DNA of 64,000 nucleotides from Podarcis pityusensis (taxonomy: Eukaryota). The stretch lies in the NCBI GenBank assembly GCA_964106645.2, contig OZ067040.1; one strand, given 5' to 3'. A program made the position numbers and the translations under genes. The first letter of the stretch is position 1, and each line of letters begins with the position of its first letter. Shown here in pieces: positions 49,829 through 62,812 of the stretch. Below the pieces are notes generated by a model, which was not told where the DNA came from, made no database searches, and saw only the letters and a program-made list of their open reading frames with translations.

Positions 49829-51028
49829 ACAGTGTGACACCAAATGGCACTGTGGAGTCCCGTCTTTCCCTACTGGATTTCCTTGTATGAGTTTACAACA
49901 CATCTAACTGAATCGCTTCTTTGACGTGTCTAGATCCAGCCCTGCTACCTTCAGTTCTTTTAACTGGAAATCTTCAGTCTTATTATACATGTGAAGCAGA
50001 GGCTCTCAAACTCTGGTCTGTGAGCCGCATTCAGGTAATCTATAACAAGGTTGTAGAACATTCTAGAATAGCTGTAGTTGGGCCTGTACTTGATTGCGGT
50101 TCCCTACCCACCATGGAAATCGAGGCCATTTTGAAGCAGGGCTAGATGATGAAACAAGCTAAGAAAGCCGCGGCCTCCATAATGTTCGTAATAGTGCAGT
50201 GGTTTTGAGAATTATGCCAGAGCAGAAGGGAGAAAATATTCTATTTGTATTTGTATTTAATCCAAGAGCACGTCCACTGTATTAGAAATGCAACACTATA
50301 GTTATTAAAATTAGAGTTATTTGTCTCCTGAGACAGACAGATGCCAGCAACGATTTAGGTGCTTTATTTTGTAGAACAAAGGAAGTTTATTCAGTGATTC
50401 ACTGAGACCCTCAGCAATTTTCAAGCAGTCCATGGAGTGGGAACCTCTCATGTAAAGGTTATACTGTTTCACTGAGCTGTTGCTGCCTCTTCTTCTGGGA
50501 TAATACAATATGGTGCAGATCCCATTAATATCTAATCACTGCTTTTAAAAAGTATGTTAGCTTTGCTCTCAGGCGCAGTGAACTTACATCTAAAGGAAGG
50601 CAGGCTAATTTGTGGCCCTCCAGATGTTGCCAAACTACACTCCCATGAACCCCACCCAGCATGGGAGTTGTAGTTCAGCAACAACTGGAGGGCCAAACTG
50701 GTTCGCCACTCTGATCTAAGGTTTGTTATTTTCAAAAGCAGTTTAAAGGTTATTGCAAAACTTAAGGACATAATGGGAAATGGGGTAGTTTGTCATTAAC
50801 TAGGTACTATATAGCTCTGTGTCACAATTTATGTCCGCGTTCAATTCCTGGCATCTCGCATTAAAAGGATCAGGTAGCAGCCAATGGGAAAGAGTTAAGC
50901 CTGAGACCCTGACCTGCCAATCACAGCAGACAGTGCTGGACTGGATAGGCCAATGTGTGTTCACATTACCACCTTAGGATGCAGTGAAGCTGATGTTTCT
51001 CAGTGAATTTTCCATCTCTTTCCCCACT

Positions 51029-51330
51029 AGCTGCTCACATCAGCACAGGTTCATCAGGGTTAGATTCATTTATGTTTTTGTATCCTCCCCAGGTGTGTTG
51101 ACAGGCCAGGGATGTCTTATTCACACTGTGGCTAGAGACGAATTAGGAGCAGCTTAAGGACTTCAATCAGTGTGAAGCTGGTTTGAGAAACAACATATCA
51201 GACGGTAGTATTTTATAAGAAAGTACGGGATATCATATGTATTTAGGATAATGTGTGTGTGTGTGAATTCAGATTAAAAATCCAGAACTGGAAATGCAAT
51301 GAGTGCACAGTGAATGTGTGAACTCAGTCT
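51029..51330. mobile_element. Harbinger-like non-autonomous element (paralog of 27048-27339)
   Basis: Shared CTTAAGGACT...GTGTGAAGCTGGTTTGAG...ATCAGACGG...GATTAAAAA.CCAG...GTGTGAAC. Confidence 0.55.
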
Positions 51331-52703
51331 TGGTATTACAAGGCACCTTCGTATGTTCAAAGTTTTGGAGTAGAGCATGACAAGCTTTGCAGAGATGGGG
51401 CACTAGGTATCATCACTGGCATCTTGGATTAAAGGATCAAGGGTTGGGGAAATTTCTCTCCTTGAGACACTACAAGCTGGGCTAGGTGGGATCAGTGTTG
51501 TGACTCAGTCAAAGGCATCTTCCTATGCACTTTGTACAAAATGTTAGCATTATAATAATCATTACCATTAATGTGTTTTCTCTGGGAATCATCGCATTTC
51601 CCCAGGTACAAGATCATTCAGTTTCAGTGCAATAACCCTGCAATAAAACCTTGCAGAATGACATTTGGATCATAGTGTATTTAATGGGAAACAAATGTGC
51701 ATTTGTTTATTTTTTTCATACAAACAAAAGTGATTGAATGGGAAGTAGCTTTCATGTTTGGTCATCTTCTGTGTTACAATAAATTTCTGTCCCTGGCACA
51801 CTTTCCTAAAAGCAAGCAAGGCCCATTGGACACAGTGGGATTTACTTTTATGTGTCTGGGCACGTAAGATTGTTGTTAACCAAGAAATTATTACAGAAAC
51901 CTGAAATTTATATGGAAATGTTTGAACTGTTATTATCCTCTGGGTTTGTGGAAGAGGTTTTCTGGTTTTCAAGAGGAAGGCGGCAAACTGAACAGGCTTG
52001 TTCTTTCCCTGAAACTTTCCAGAGACTTTTTATCACATGGACTTTGGATATCTACATAGCAGTGGGATTAGTAAAATGGACTGCGATTACAACTTCAGAG
52101 CAGTTGTACGCTATTGGGTGATCCAGTCAACAATTGGCTAAAAAGTACTAATGCAATCAGGAGTTTCAGGGTGTGATATGTAAGAAGGTAATATTTTGAA
52201 ATTCAACACATTTATCTGGGAGTAAACCCTGCTGAGCTGAGTGGGACTTTCTTCTGAGTAGGCATGCATAGGATTGCACTATAAGGGAAGCAAACTGTTT
52301 TGTTTTGTTTTTAAAAAAGAAACATTATGAATGAACATAAAAGATGCTATCCTTAAGTATGTGGAGAAAAAAATATTAATGGGCTTGTGAAAGAGGTAGA
52401 GTCATATATTTGTGTAACGCAGATTATACTGATATTAATTATACCTGCTAAAGAGATCCAACAAAGAAGCCTATCCAGGAAATAAATAGCATTTAACCTG
52501 TTGGGAAATGTAAATGCTAAGCACAGCTTTAAATGATGAATCAAATTGCAAATGCAGATTGAGGACACTTTTTGGGTGGGGAACGTTTAAGGCTAGTTTG
52601 ATTCTGGTATGTTATTATAACAGGATGTGAAACAAAATACTAAAAATCACTTTTGCTTCTGGGAATGACTACCGCTTATGAAATTGTGAGTTATCATCTA
52701 CAT

Positions 52704-52839
52704 CAGGCATGGCCAAACATGGCCCTCCAGCTGTTTTGGGACTACAACTCCCATCATCCCTAGCTAACAGGACCAGTGGTCAGGGATGATGGGAACTGTA
52801 GTCCCAAAACAGCTGGAGGGCCAAGTTTGGCCATGCCTG
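52704..52839. mobile_element. hAT-type MITE
   Basis: Near-perfect IRs of about 58 bp, CAGGCATGGCCAAAC...GTTTGGCCATGCCTG; TSD (A/C)TCTACAT. Confidence 0.88.
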
Positions 52840-53143
52840 CTCTACATTGATCAGGATCTCAGAAAATCTGCTATATTTTGGTAATATGCAGATTTATTTG
52901 AAAAACTAGTTGAAAAATTAATTGGTTTAATGGAAGGTGATCAGTTCAGGCAGTTGACAGCCCTAATAAATATGCATAAGTATCTTGTATATGTATAAAT
53001 ATACATCAGTTTGACATCTCTGCCATAGATGCTTTCGATAAAGGGTATTCCTGTCCTAGGAGAGGGTCAACTTGCCCAGTTTGCAGGATGCAAAAAGATT
53101 CTGCAGGACAGTTCTAGTTAGCTCTTGGAGAATTCAAAGATAA

Positions 53144-55091
53144 CACTGGTCAACAACAAATTTGTTGCCTGCGTTTTTTCAGTTGATTTAGGACGAATCT
53201 GATGCGCTGAATCCAAAAATCACATTGGTTTTGCGCAATCTGGTCAAGTTTTTGAGCTATGGCCACATGTCTTTTTTTATGTTTTTGTTCACATGTACGC
53301 TTATGCGGAGCATTTTAGAAGAAGTTGGTGGGGGTAAAATGCCATGTTGAATAATTGTTTTGATTGGAAATGATTATTTTAATGACAAGAAGTATTCAGG
53401 TCCAATAGTTCTGGGTGATTATGTCGAAAAGGGATCAATTTGAAGTGATAAAACCTCGAAATCTTCCATAAATTGGTGCAGCAAAGCATAAAGTTGGGGG
53501 ATCAAAACTAAGTTAATGGGGCAGCCGCCCCACGAAGTATCCTTATCTTCAATCAGCACGTCGTCCTGTAGCTCATTGTGATGAAATTCCAGTGCCTATC
53601 TTCGGAGAACTTCCTGACATTAGTGACGAAGATGCCTCCAGTGTTGAAGGACATGAAGAAGAAGTGATGGTTCTTGAAGATGATGCTCCACATCCATTTT
53701 CCCAAAAGGAGTTGAATGATCTAGTTCGTGACCTCAGCTTGTCAAAGGACTCTGCCGAACTGTTGGCATCCAGATTGAAGGGGAAAAAAACTCCTCTCTG
53801 ACAGTGCTCGCATCAGTTTCTTCCGCAACAGGCATCAAGAGTACCTCCGTTTTTTCTCGGAAGAGAAGGACTTGGTGTACCGTGCAGATATTGCGCAGCT
53901 TCTGCTCAAGCTTGGAGTGCCACAGTACGAACCCAAAGACCGGAGACTGTTCATTGACAGCAGCAAGCGATCACTGAAATGTGTTCTGCTACACAACGGC
54001 AACCAGTTTGCCTCTATACCCCTGGCTCACTCGACTACACTGAAGGAGAACTATGAAGCGGTGAAGTATGTGCTGAAGCAAATTGGTTCTGATCAGCATA
54101 AGTGGTTTATTTGTGTTGATCTGAAGATGGTGAACTTTTTGTTGGGACAACAGTCTGGCTTCACCAAGTACCCATGTTTTCTGTGCATGTGGGATAGTAG
54201 GGACCGTGCTCAGCATTACACGAAGAAGGACTGGCCTGTGTGGGAGGAACTGGTGCCTTGCAAAAAAAGGAACGTCATCAATGACCCTCTGGTGGACAGA
54301 GACAGAATACTCTTCCCACTGCTGCACATCAAGCTCGGCTTAATCAAGCAGTTTACCAAGGCTCTGGACAAGGATGGTGACTGCTTCACTTACTTGTGCC
54401 AGGCTTTTCCAGGATTGACCATGGAGAAGTTGAAAGCTGGCATCTTTGACAGTCCTCAGATCCGTCAGCTCATCAGAGATCCAGAGTTCGGAAACTCAAT
54501 GAATGAAGTGGAACTGGAAGTGTGGAAGGCATTTGTTCTGGTAGTGAAGAACTTTCTTGGCAACAATAAGGCCAGAAACTATGCAGAACTTGTCAACAAC
54601 ATGCTGACTGCTTTCAGAAACCTGGGCTGCTATATGAGCATCAAGATGCACTACCTATTTTCACATATGGGCCGGTTTCCTGAGAACCTGGGTTCAATGA
54701 GTGACGAGCAGGGGGAGAAATCCCCCTGAGTGACAAGCAGGGGGAGAGCAGGGAAATCAGGACATGAAAGAGATGGAGACCAGGTATCAGGGTCGCTGGG
54801 ACGCAGTCATGATGGCTGACTACTGTTGGACTCTGAAGAGAGACCTCCCTGCTGCTGAGCATTCCAGGAGTTCCAAGAAACGGAAGTTCAATCCCTGAAG
54901 TTTGAAAAATGGTGAAGCAACATGCAATTTACGTGTACTTACCTTTATCAATGCCCACCACTCAGTTTACAGTAAACCGGACCTGATGGAGAGAAACGGA
55001 TGCCATTTCCTGATTCAGCAGTGCAAAAATACCCTAAATCAGTTGTAGAAATCTAGACAACATTCAAAAAGTAAAAAATTGTTGCCCAGTG
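53144..55091 (+). mobile_element. Chapaev3-type (CMC superfamily) DNA transposon, internally deleted
   Basis: Terminal inverted repeats CACTGG(T/G)CAACAA, with imperfect subterminal IRs of about 110 bp. 3-bp TSD TAA at 53141-53143 and 55092-55094. Contains a transposase remnant. Confidence 0.88.
53535..54898 (+). pseudogene. Chapaev3 transposase pseudogene
   Basis: KYPYLQSARRPVAHCDEIPVP...FSQKELNDLVRDLSLSK, +1 frameshift near 53785, then LFIDSSKRSLKCVLLHNGN...CVDLK...CFLCMWDSR...LHIKLGL...KMHYLFSH...SDEQGE. After a local rearrangement it resumes QDMKEMETRYQGRWDAVMMADYCW...KRKFNP-stop. N-terminal Cys-rich part missing. Confidence 0.88.
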
Positions 55092-57322
55092 TAATTTGCT
55101 AAAGAAGAGCAGGTTTTAAGAGCATTTGTTACGATTATTTTCTTTCACCATATCCTTTATAAATAACTATAGCAATATTATCAACACAGTGGGGGTGTCT
55201 TTCAATAGTGGTTACGTGATAATCTGACACAGAACATAAAAGATGGCAGGAAATTGAGGAACAAGAGTGTCCTGAAATTTCACTTAGCTAAGACTCTTGC
55301 CTTTTCCTCCAGTTTCAAAGGCTGGGAGAGGGAAATGGACTGCCTTAACTTTCAGTTTCCTGGGTGTTTTATAGCTTTGCCATGAACATGTCCAGATAGG
55401 AATGAAAGAAGTGTGTGTGGAAAATAAAGCAAACACGAGTTGGGTTCTACATCTGAAGATCAAAGATTGAATTGCAAGCTCTTTTCTCCTCTCCCCCCCC
55501 CCCGTGTTTTCTACACAGCCCTTTTTTGAGGGGCGTGGGTAGGGCTATTCCTTCATGTAAATAAATGTGACTTCCATCCAAAAAATACAACAGAGCTAAA
55601 CGCTTAAGAATGAGGTAATAACACAGATTATCCCCCCCCCATTAGATTATTAAACAGTTCCTTTTGCTTGTGATGAGACACATATAGAGAGAGGTAGAAA
55701 GAAGGGAATGTGTCGGCAGTCGCCACATGACATGTTGGCCTGCATGGCATCACAGCTTCTACAGTTTAATCGGGGAGTAGGAGACATTTGACAGCGGACA
55801 CAACGTAATAAATTTAAACACGAGAATTCATCAAGGGCAATTCATTGTCATGTTTCAAAGATCTTTTCTCAGTTAATTATGTTAATGACTGGGGGGGATC
55901 ATCCACCACAAGGGACGCTACTTTTGTGCATATCTATAAATCCTCAACTGCCCTAGAGCTTCTGTGCCATGGGTTGGGCCGGCCTTCTCATCAGGCAGAG
56001 TGAGGCATCTGCCTCAGGTAGAGCATGTTGAGGATGGGGATGGAGACTTGATAGTCATCCTCCTGAGTGACCCCACCCATTCCCTTCTGTCGGAGGACCG
56101 CCATGTGGTCTGCTCTGAGCACCCCATGGGAGGACATTGTCCCATTACCAACCTTAAAGCAACCTGGTCCACTTCAATACGCTGAATTTTTTGTGTGAGG
56201 GAAGGGATTTTGTCCTTCCGCAAGCGCAACATCTTGTGTCATCCCTACAGGAGCCTTGCGCTGGTCAGCCTGGAGACATCTCTTGCTTCATTAACAGCCT
56301 TGAAACCATGGGGGTGCCTCCAAAGAGCAAAAGCTGGGGATGATTTTAATCAGGGAAATTGTGTTGGAAACGGGATAAGCTGAACCTCCTTCTCATAGCA
56401 CCATGATCTTAACTAGGGATGGGGGGAGAAATTCAGTTTGGTTTGCATTTAAAGGCAAATATTAAATCTAAACTTTCCGAACCAACCTGAGAACCAAACC
56501 ACAACCTGCCATCCTTCGAAGCTTGCACTTCCCCGAATTTTGTGACGTTTTCCTTGTCTCATGCAAATGTCTGAATGACAGAAGCAGCGCTCTTGTTTCT
56601 TTTAAAAGTTCTCTGCCAGGGTCTAAAGAAGCTGGTTCTTTGTTTTCAAGGGCGTTTAAGGCTGCTGTTACTCAGACAGTTGTCTCCCCCCTTGCTTCGA
56701 AAATGGGCTTTGAAATTGAAAGGAATTTTGAAAGCAGTTTGTGTTGTGATCATGGCATTGAGGGGGAGCATCCTTTGTTTAAGAGAAAATAGTATTAAAA
56801 CCCCACTTGGCACAAACGAATTCTCCTTTTGACTCTACTAGCAGCGCAATCCTACGCATGTTTTACTACAAAGTCAGCTCCACTATGTACAATAGGGCTT
56901 GCTCCCTCCTGGGGGTGCATTTAGGGTTGCAGTATTAATCCCCATCACTTTGACCCATATATTTTAAAAGGCAGCCCTCCTGCTTACTGCCGTCTTTTAT
57001 ATATTTCTCAGCTGCTGTCATCATCATCATTATTCATTATGAATAATAGTGATTTTTCTAGCACCTGTAATTTGCAGGGAGCCTTTCGACCTTTCTTATC
57101 TTCGGCTTGGTTTAATTGTAGCTGTGCATTATTGTATGTGGTGTTTTTGCTTCGTGTGGGAGCAATTAAACCAAAATGAACAAGGTAAAGAAATGCCATA
57201 AAATTATTTGCAAATTAAAAGCATGACAAATGTTTTCCAGTTTATGATAGCATAATAAGCAGAATGGTCACCAAGCACTGGTACGTATTTGAAAGATGAT
57301 ATCCAGTCTTGCTTCTTTTAGT

Positions 57323-57545
57323 TTAAACCAAGGAACCAGGCAGAGGGTCTTCTAGGTAGTGGCGCCCGCCCTGTGGAATGCCCTCCCACCAGTTGTCAAA
57401 GAAATAAACAACTATCTGACTTTTAGAAGACATCTGAAGACAGCCCTGTTTAGGGAAGTTTTTAATGTTTGATCTTAATATCCTGTTGGAAGCCACCCAG
57501 AGTGGCTGGGGAAACCCAGCCAAATGGGTGGGGTATAAATAATAT
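57323..57545 (+). mobile_element. L2 LINE 3' fragment
   Basis: CTGTGGAATGCCCTCCCA...TTTTAGAAGACATCTGAAG; its tail is interrupted by a MITE. Confidence 0.85.
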
Positions 57546-57546
57546 A

Positions 57547-57871
57547 CAGTGGTGCCTCGCAAGACGAAAATAATCCGTTCCGCGAGTCTCTTCGTCTAGC
57601 GGTTTTTTCGTCTTGCGAAGCAACCCTATTAGCGGATTAGCGGATTAGCGCTATTAGCGGTTTAGCGGCTATTAAAGGCTTAGCGGCTTAGCGGCTAAAA
57701 GGCTATTAGCGGCTTAGAAAAAGGGGGGGGAAGCGAAAAAAATCGCAAGACTCGCAAGACTTTCGAGTCCCATAGGGAAATTCGTCTTGCGAAGTGCATC
57801 GAAAAACGGAAAACCCTTTCGTCTAGCGGGTTTTTCGTCTTGCGAGGCATTCGTCTTGCAGGGCACCACTG
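57547..57871. mobile_element. Tc1/mariner-type MITE in the L2 tail
   Basis: TA-CAGTGGTGCCTCGCAAGACGAA...TTCGTCTTGCAGGGCACCACTG-TA. Confidence 0.9.
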
Positions 57872-60363
57872 TATTACTGTATTACTACTATTATTAACAC
57901 AAAGATGAAACTGGAGTAAAGGATATTAAAATGCATCTGCATATGTGCTGGCTTCAGCCTATAATTTTCCATAGCTATGCAAAGCAGGATGTGTTGTTTT
58001 CAGGAACCCACATTTTAGTACTTCCTCGAGTGCCCCAGAATTGTCTCCCATCTGAGGGCTGGAGAGCAGCGGTGGCAGCAATAAGTGGATAATTTAGGGG
58101 GATACAGCTGGCCTACTTTGCAGGCCAGTTGTGCAACAGCTGCACAAGGAAGAGTGTAAGCATGTTCTCGTAGCCTTCCCGCTTCACATGAGTGACTTTT
58201 CTCATATGTGAAACAAAATAAAAATTGCACACAAAAGCTCATACTAATAACAAACTCAATTAGTCTCTAAGGTGCTACTGGAAGGGGGGAAATTATTTTG
58301 TTTTGACTTCGGCAGACCAACACAGCTACCTACCTGTAACTGTTCTCATATGCGTGAGAGAGGGTTACAGAAGTGCTTCCTCACCCCAAGATCTTATGGA
58401 TTAGGAGAGGAGAAAAATATGAGGCCCAAGGCTATAATTACTATGACTACACCAGGATTCTGGTTCTTGCCCTCTAGATTTCAATTCTGTCCATAAGTTT
58501 TGAACACAGATAGTTTTACTGTACATCAAGGCTTCCATTCTCCAGCTGCTAAACCAGCAGCTGGTGTTTACTTCGGGCAGCTGATATGTACTTGTCTCTG
58601 ATACATACACACACACACTCTCTCTCTTAGTTTGCGCATTACTCATAGTTTGAAAATCACTTTTGACTCCTGTAACGTAATTATGTTAATGTCAACTGAG
58701 TCACACAGAAACAGAAAGCTCTGTATATCAAGACTTGGTGTCGGTTTCTGAATACAGTGCACTCCTGTACACAGGAGGAGGGGACAAAATTGCCGGATTG
58801 TGAAAGTCATGCTAAATTACAAGCCGCGGCTCAGAAGGAAGGTTAATTTTAATTCAGGTTCACTGCAATTACCATTTTGAAAGGAAGCTCAAGCAACTTT
58901 TTCCCATTGGAGGTAGATCGATTAAACAGCAGGGAAAGTTGGGACGCCTCCACCTTCTTCCCAAGCGATATTTGCAGAATAGGGTTCACAAACTGGCAAA
59001 GATAGGTACTGTATGCTTAAGCCCACGGATTTCAACAAGCAGAAGCCTGTCCAACTCTAGACTGCAATGTGGCTACACAGGCAGGACTATTCTTCATAAT
59101 CAGCTATTGGTGCTGAGCAACACATTTCAATCCTAGGCACACTTGCCTGGGAGGAAGTCCCAAATAATTGAGCTTATTTCTGAGTAGACATGTGTAGGAT
59201 TTCACTGCACAGCAATGTATTAATTTAAACTAAACCTATTAATGTCAAGTGGTAGTTTAATGTCAAGTAGCTGGCTTTGGAAGATCTCTGAAATGTGCTA
59301 GACTGATACGTTTTTTGGTTCTGTAGTACAGTAAGCCTGCAACTTACGCAGGGTTCTGGGGATCATGCCTGAAGGCAAAACCGCCTAAAGTAAACACACA
59401 CTGGGTGCAGTGGTGGGTGGAATTGTCAAATTCTTTTTTTCCTGGACACCCAACCCCTTTTCCATTTTTGGTTTTTTTATTTTGGGCAAATGTGGAAAGC
59501 TGAATTCATCCATTACAGGGGCACAAGTTGTGGGCTTACTGCACATTCTCCTCAGAAGGAAAATGAACGTGTAAGGGTTGGTGTGTCTGGAGAAGTGGTG
59601 CGTATGAAACCCCATTATTTAAACTACAGTATCCTGTGGAATAGGTTGCTTCAATAAATTGACCTATTTCTGAGTCACACGGTGTCAGTACTTGCTTTTT
59701 CTTTTAAATTGGTTTTTATTAAAGATTTTCTGTGACACAAAGAAAACAAATAAACAAGGAAAACTGCATACAGCGTCTCCACTTTCAATTCCTAGAGTCA
59801 TACAAATAAAGCATACTGCAACAAAGCTCTGGACCCTCAAATCTCTCACAATATAGGGCTGCCATATGTCAGAAACAGTGTCCGGGTGAAAATCGCTAAA
59901 ATGTCCAGGAAAATCCAGGCATGTAGATTTTGGTGAATTTCCTTAAATTTCCTTTTATGAGATTTTGGGGGAAACACTCAACAACTTTGGTTTCTGGATT
60001 TTCACTTTTTGAAATACAGCAACCCTCTCACAATGCCAATAAAAATAAATAACTATATAAATAAAGGACCTACGCATGAGACGCTGACACAAAAACCCTG
60101 CACAGACGCTATGCAACAGAATGAAAAGATCATTATCCCATCTCCTGCAACCCTTTCCCTCCCTCTCTCTCTCCCCTCTTTTCCCCCAATGTCCACGGCA
60201 ATACCAAACATAAATGCAGTGTCCATATTTTTAAGGCAAAGACCTTTTCAGACCAATAGTTCCCTTCACAAACACACAGATAAACATGTCATGTTGTTGT
60301 TGTTGTTGTTGGCGGTGGTAAGCAAGTACATATTTTCTACATACAGAGATGGGTGTGTGAGTA

Positions 60364-60579
60364 CAGTGGTACCTCGGGTTACAGACGCTTCAGGTTACAG
60401 ACTCTGCTAACCCAGAAATAGTACCTCAGGTTAAGAACTTTGCTTCAGGATGAGAACAGAAATCGCGTGGCGGCAGCAGGAGGCCCCATTAGCTAAAGTG
60501 GTACCTCAGGTTAAGAACAGTTTTAGGTTAAGAACAGACCTCCGGGAAAAAATTAAGTTCTTAACCCGAGGTACCACTG
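60364..60579. mobile_element. Tc1/mariner-type MITE
   Basis: TA-CAGTGGTACCTCGGGTTA...TAACCCGAGGTACCACTG-TA. Confidence 0.88.
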
Positions 60580-61130
60580 TACATGTAGGAACTAGCCTCC
60601 TGCACAAAAGTAGGATTTGCATTCACTGCTCCGCCTACTTTTGTTTCCAGCCCTAATCACTACTGGCATGTGGCCCCCAGAAGGCTGACAAGAAAGGAAT
60701 GCAGCCCTTCAGCTAGAAAAAAAAGTTCCTCTCTAAATGTAATAGCCATGAGGGTTGCCAGGCAGGATCAAAGCAGCAGAATCAGATTTCTACCTGGCCC
60801 TACCACTCTGATCCCAACTAAAAATCTCTTCCCCTCCCAATCTACTGTTTGCACATCAGGAAGGTGTCCTCCATTGGCACCAAGGGGTGTGTCCTTCCCT
60901 ATGCAAACAGCAGTTGGGGGGGGAGGGATTTTAAATAGGGCATTGGGAAGGAAAGAGCTAAGCTCCCCCTCTGCACACACCCAGCTGTGCTTCAATTTCA
61001 CTTGTCCATATACGTCAGATCTAAAACAACAGACTATAACATGTTGAATGAGTAGCATTCTCCCTTATTGACAAATTCAGAAGAATACCCATGTCTGCCA
61101 AACGTAAAAGACTTAAGGTATGTTCATTAT

Positions 61131-61368
61131 TAGTGGCCCGGGGGCCAGATCTGGCCCAATCGCCTTCTAAATCTGGCCCACAGATGTTCCTGGAATCAGC
61201 ATGTTTTTACGTGAGTAGAATGTGCCCTTTTATTTAAAATGCATCTCTGGGTTATTTGTGGGGCATAGGAACTCGTTCATTTCCCCCCCTTCAAAATATA
61301 GTCCGGCCCCCTACAAGGTCTGAGGGACAGTGGACCAGCCCCCTGCTGTAAAAGTTTGCTGACCCCTG
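61131..61368. mobile_element. hAT (Charlie-like) element fragment
   Basis: GGCCC repeats and terminal AAAGTTTGCTGACCCCTG. Confidence 0.6.
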
Positions 61369-61609
61369 CCATAGATCATGGCCACACATCTCAAACTGGT
61401 CACAATTAGACCATGTCAAGTCACAAAACGCACCTGGAGCCCCGGGAATTTTCAACACTGCAGAGAGGGCGAGGATGCTTTCACTGAAAGCTAGGGACAT
61501 TTTGGGTTTCCCTGCCCCTGCAACACGCAAACCCCAAACACTTATTCGTTAAGCTGCCACCTGACTTGCATGCTCATCTGTAGCTATGTGATGGCCATTA
61601 CAGTTTTCC

Positions 61610-61826
61610 ACATTTATTTTTATCCCACCTTTCTCCAAGGAGCGCAACATGTTGTATATGGCTCTCTCCCTCCTCGTTTAATCCCCACAACAACCCTGCG
61701 AAGAAGGTTAGGCCGAGAGGCAGTGATTGGTCCAAGATCACCCAGTGAGCTTCTTGGCCAAGTAGGGATTTGAACCCTGGTCTTCCACATCCTTGCCTGG
61801 CACTTTAACCACTGTACCACACTGCC
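61610..61826 (-). mobile_element. tRNA-derived SINE (Squam3/Ther1-like)
   Basis: CAGTGTGGTACAGTGGTTAA...GGGTTCAAATCCC head. Confidence 0.75.
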
Positions 61827-62781
61827 TCTGTTCAGAGTCCTGCGGATTCCTCCACATTGTTTTCTAATCAGATTGAAGCTGGTTTGAGGAAGGAACATGT
61901 CCAGCAGCAGTATTTGTCACGGAACCATAGCACTGATATGGATTGTAGCTCTTGTGCAGCGGCCGCGTTGAAAATTAGCAGTGGGAGCACACTGGATGTG
62001 GAGTAATTGGAAAGGTGAGCATACCCATACAGAGATTTAAGAATGTGCTTCACTCGCTGCCACCAAAGTCAGTGGTCCTTTTCACAAATTTCCTTAGGCT
62101 GCAATCCTATACACACTTATTGGAGGGTACACACCATACATTTGAAGCACAGGACTAGCTCCAAAGAATCCAGGGAACTGTAGTTTGCCAAGGGTGCTTG
62201 GAATTGTAGCTCTGTGAAGTGTACGCTATAGTTTCCAGGTTTCTCTGGGGAAGCCATGTGCATCAAATGAATGGTGTGTACACAGTCTAAGTTCCATTAG
62301 GCATAAGACTGCAAACTAGAAATCTCATTTCTCAGCTGTGACACAGCTCAAATACAGAATATGTCTATTTGGTATTGGTGAAATAGCGGCATGCATATGT
62401 TCAGTGATATTTAGTTACCCCAAAAAAGCTCACTGATTTGGAAACTCCCTCCAGAGCATAAATTCCCACCCACCCGCAGCAAAATGATTGATGCCCTGAC
62501 ACAAAGAAACATTGAACAAAAGCAAATTAAGCCACTTCAAACAGATATGTGGAAACTGTTGACCTTCACAGGTCCTGGGTGACACCCCCAGATGAATCTT
62601 GTGAATACCTCTCCAAAACTCACAATATTTAACCCTCGTGAATATAGCTTTACAATCTGACCATCAGTGTTCATTTGCTAATTTCAGGAAAGGGGGAAAT
62701 GTCTATTTTCAGGCATTTGCAAAACTAATCTGTGATGGTCAACATTCAGTGTTCACCGTTAACAGTCCCAAGCACTGTTCT

Positions 62782-62812
<31 letters not shown>

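Noticed and set aside
53872-54729. Domesticated transposase or RAG-like host gene
   Set aside because: TIRs and TSD are retained, with an N-terminal deletion, a frameshift and a disrupted catalytic motif; it is a decaying TE copy.
57620-57720. CRISPR-like or iteron array of TTAGCGG repeats (also 31610-31670 and GTCCCTTA at 4860-4960)
   Set aside because: Short internal repeats of DNA-transposon derivatives without unique spacers, in a vertebrate genome.
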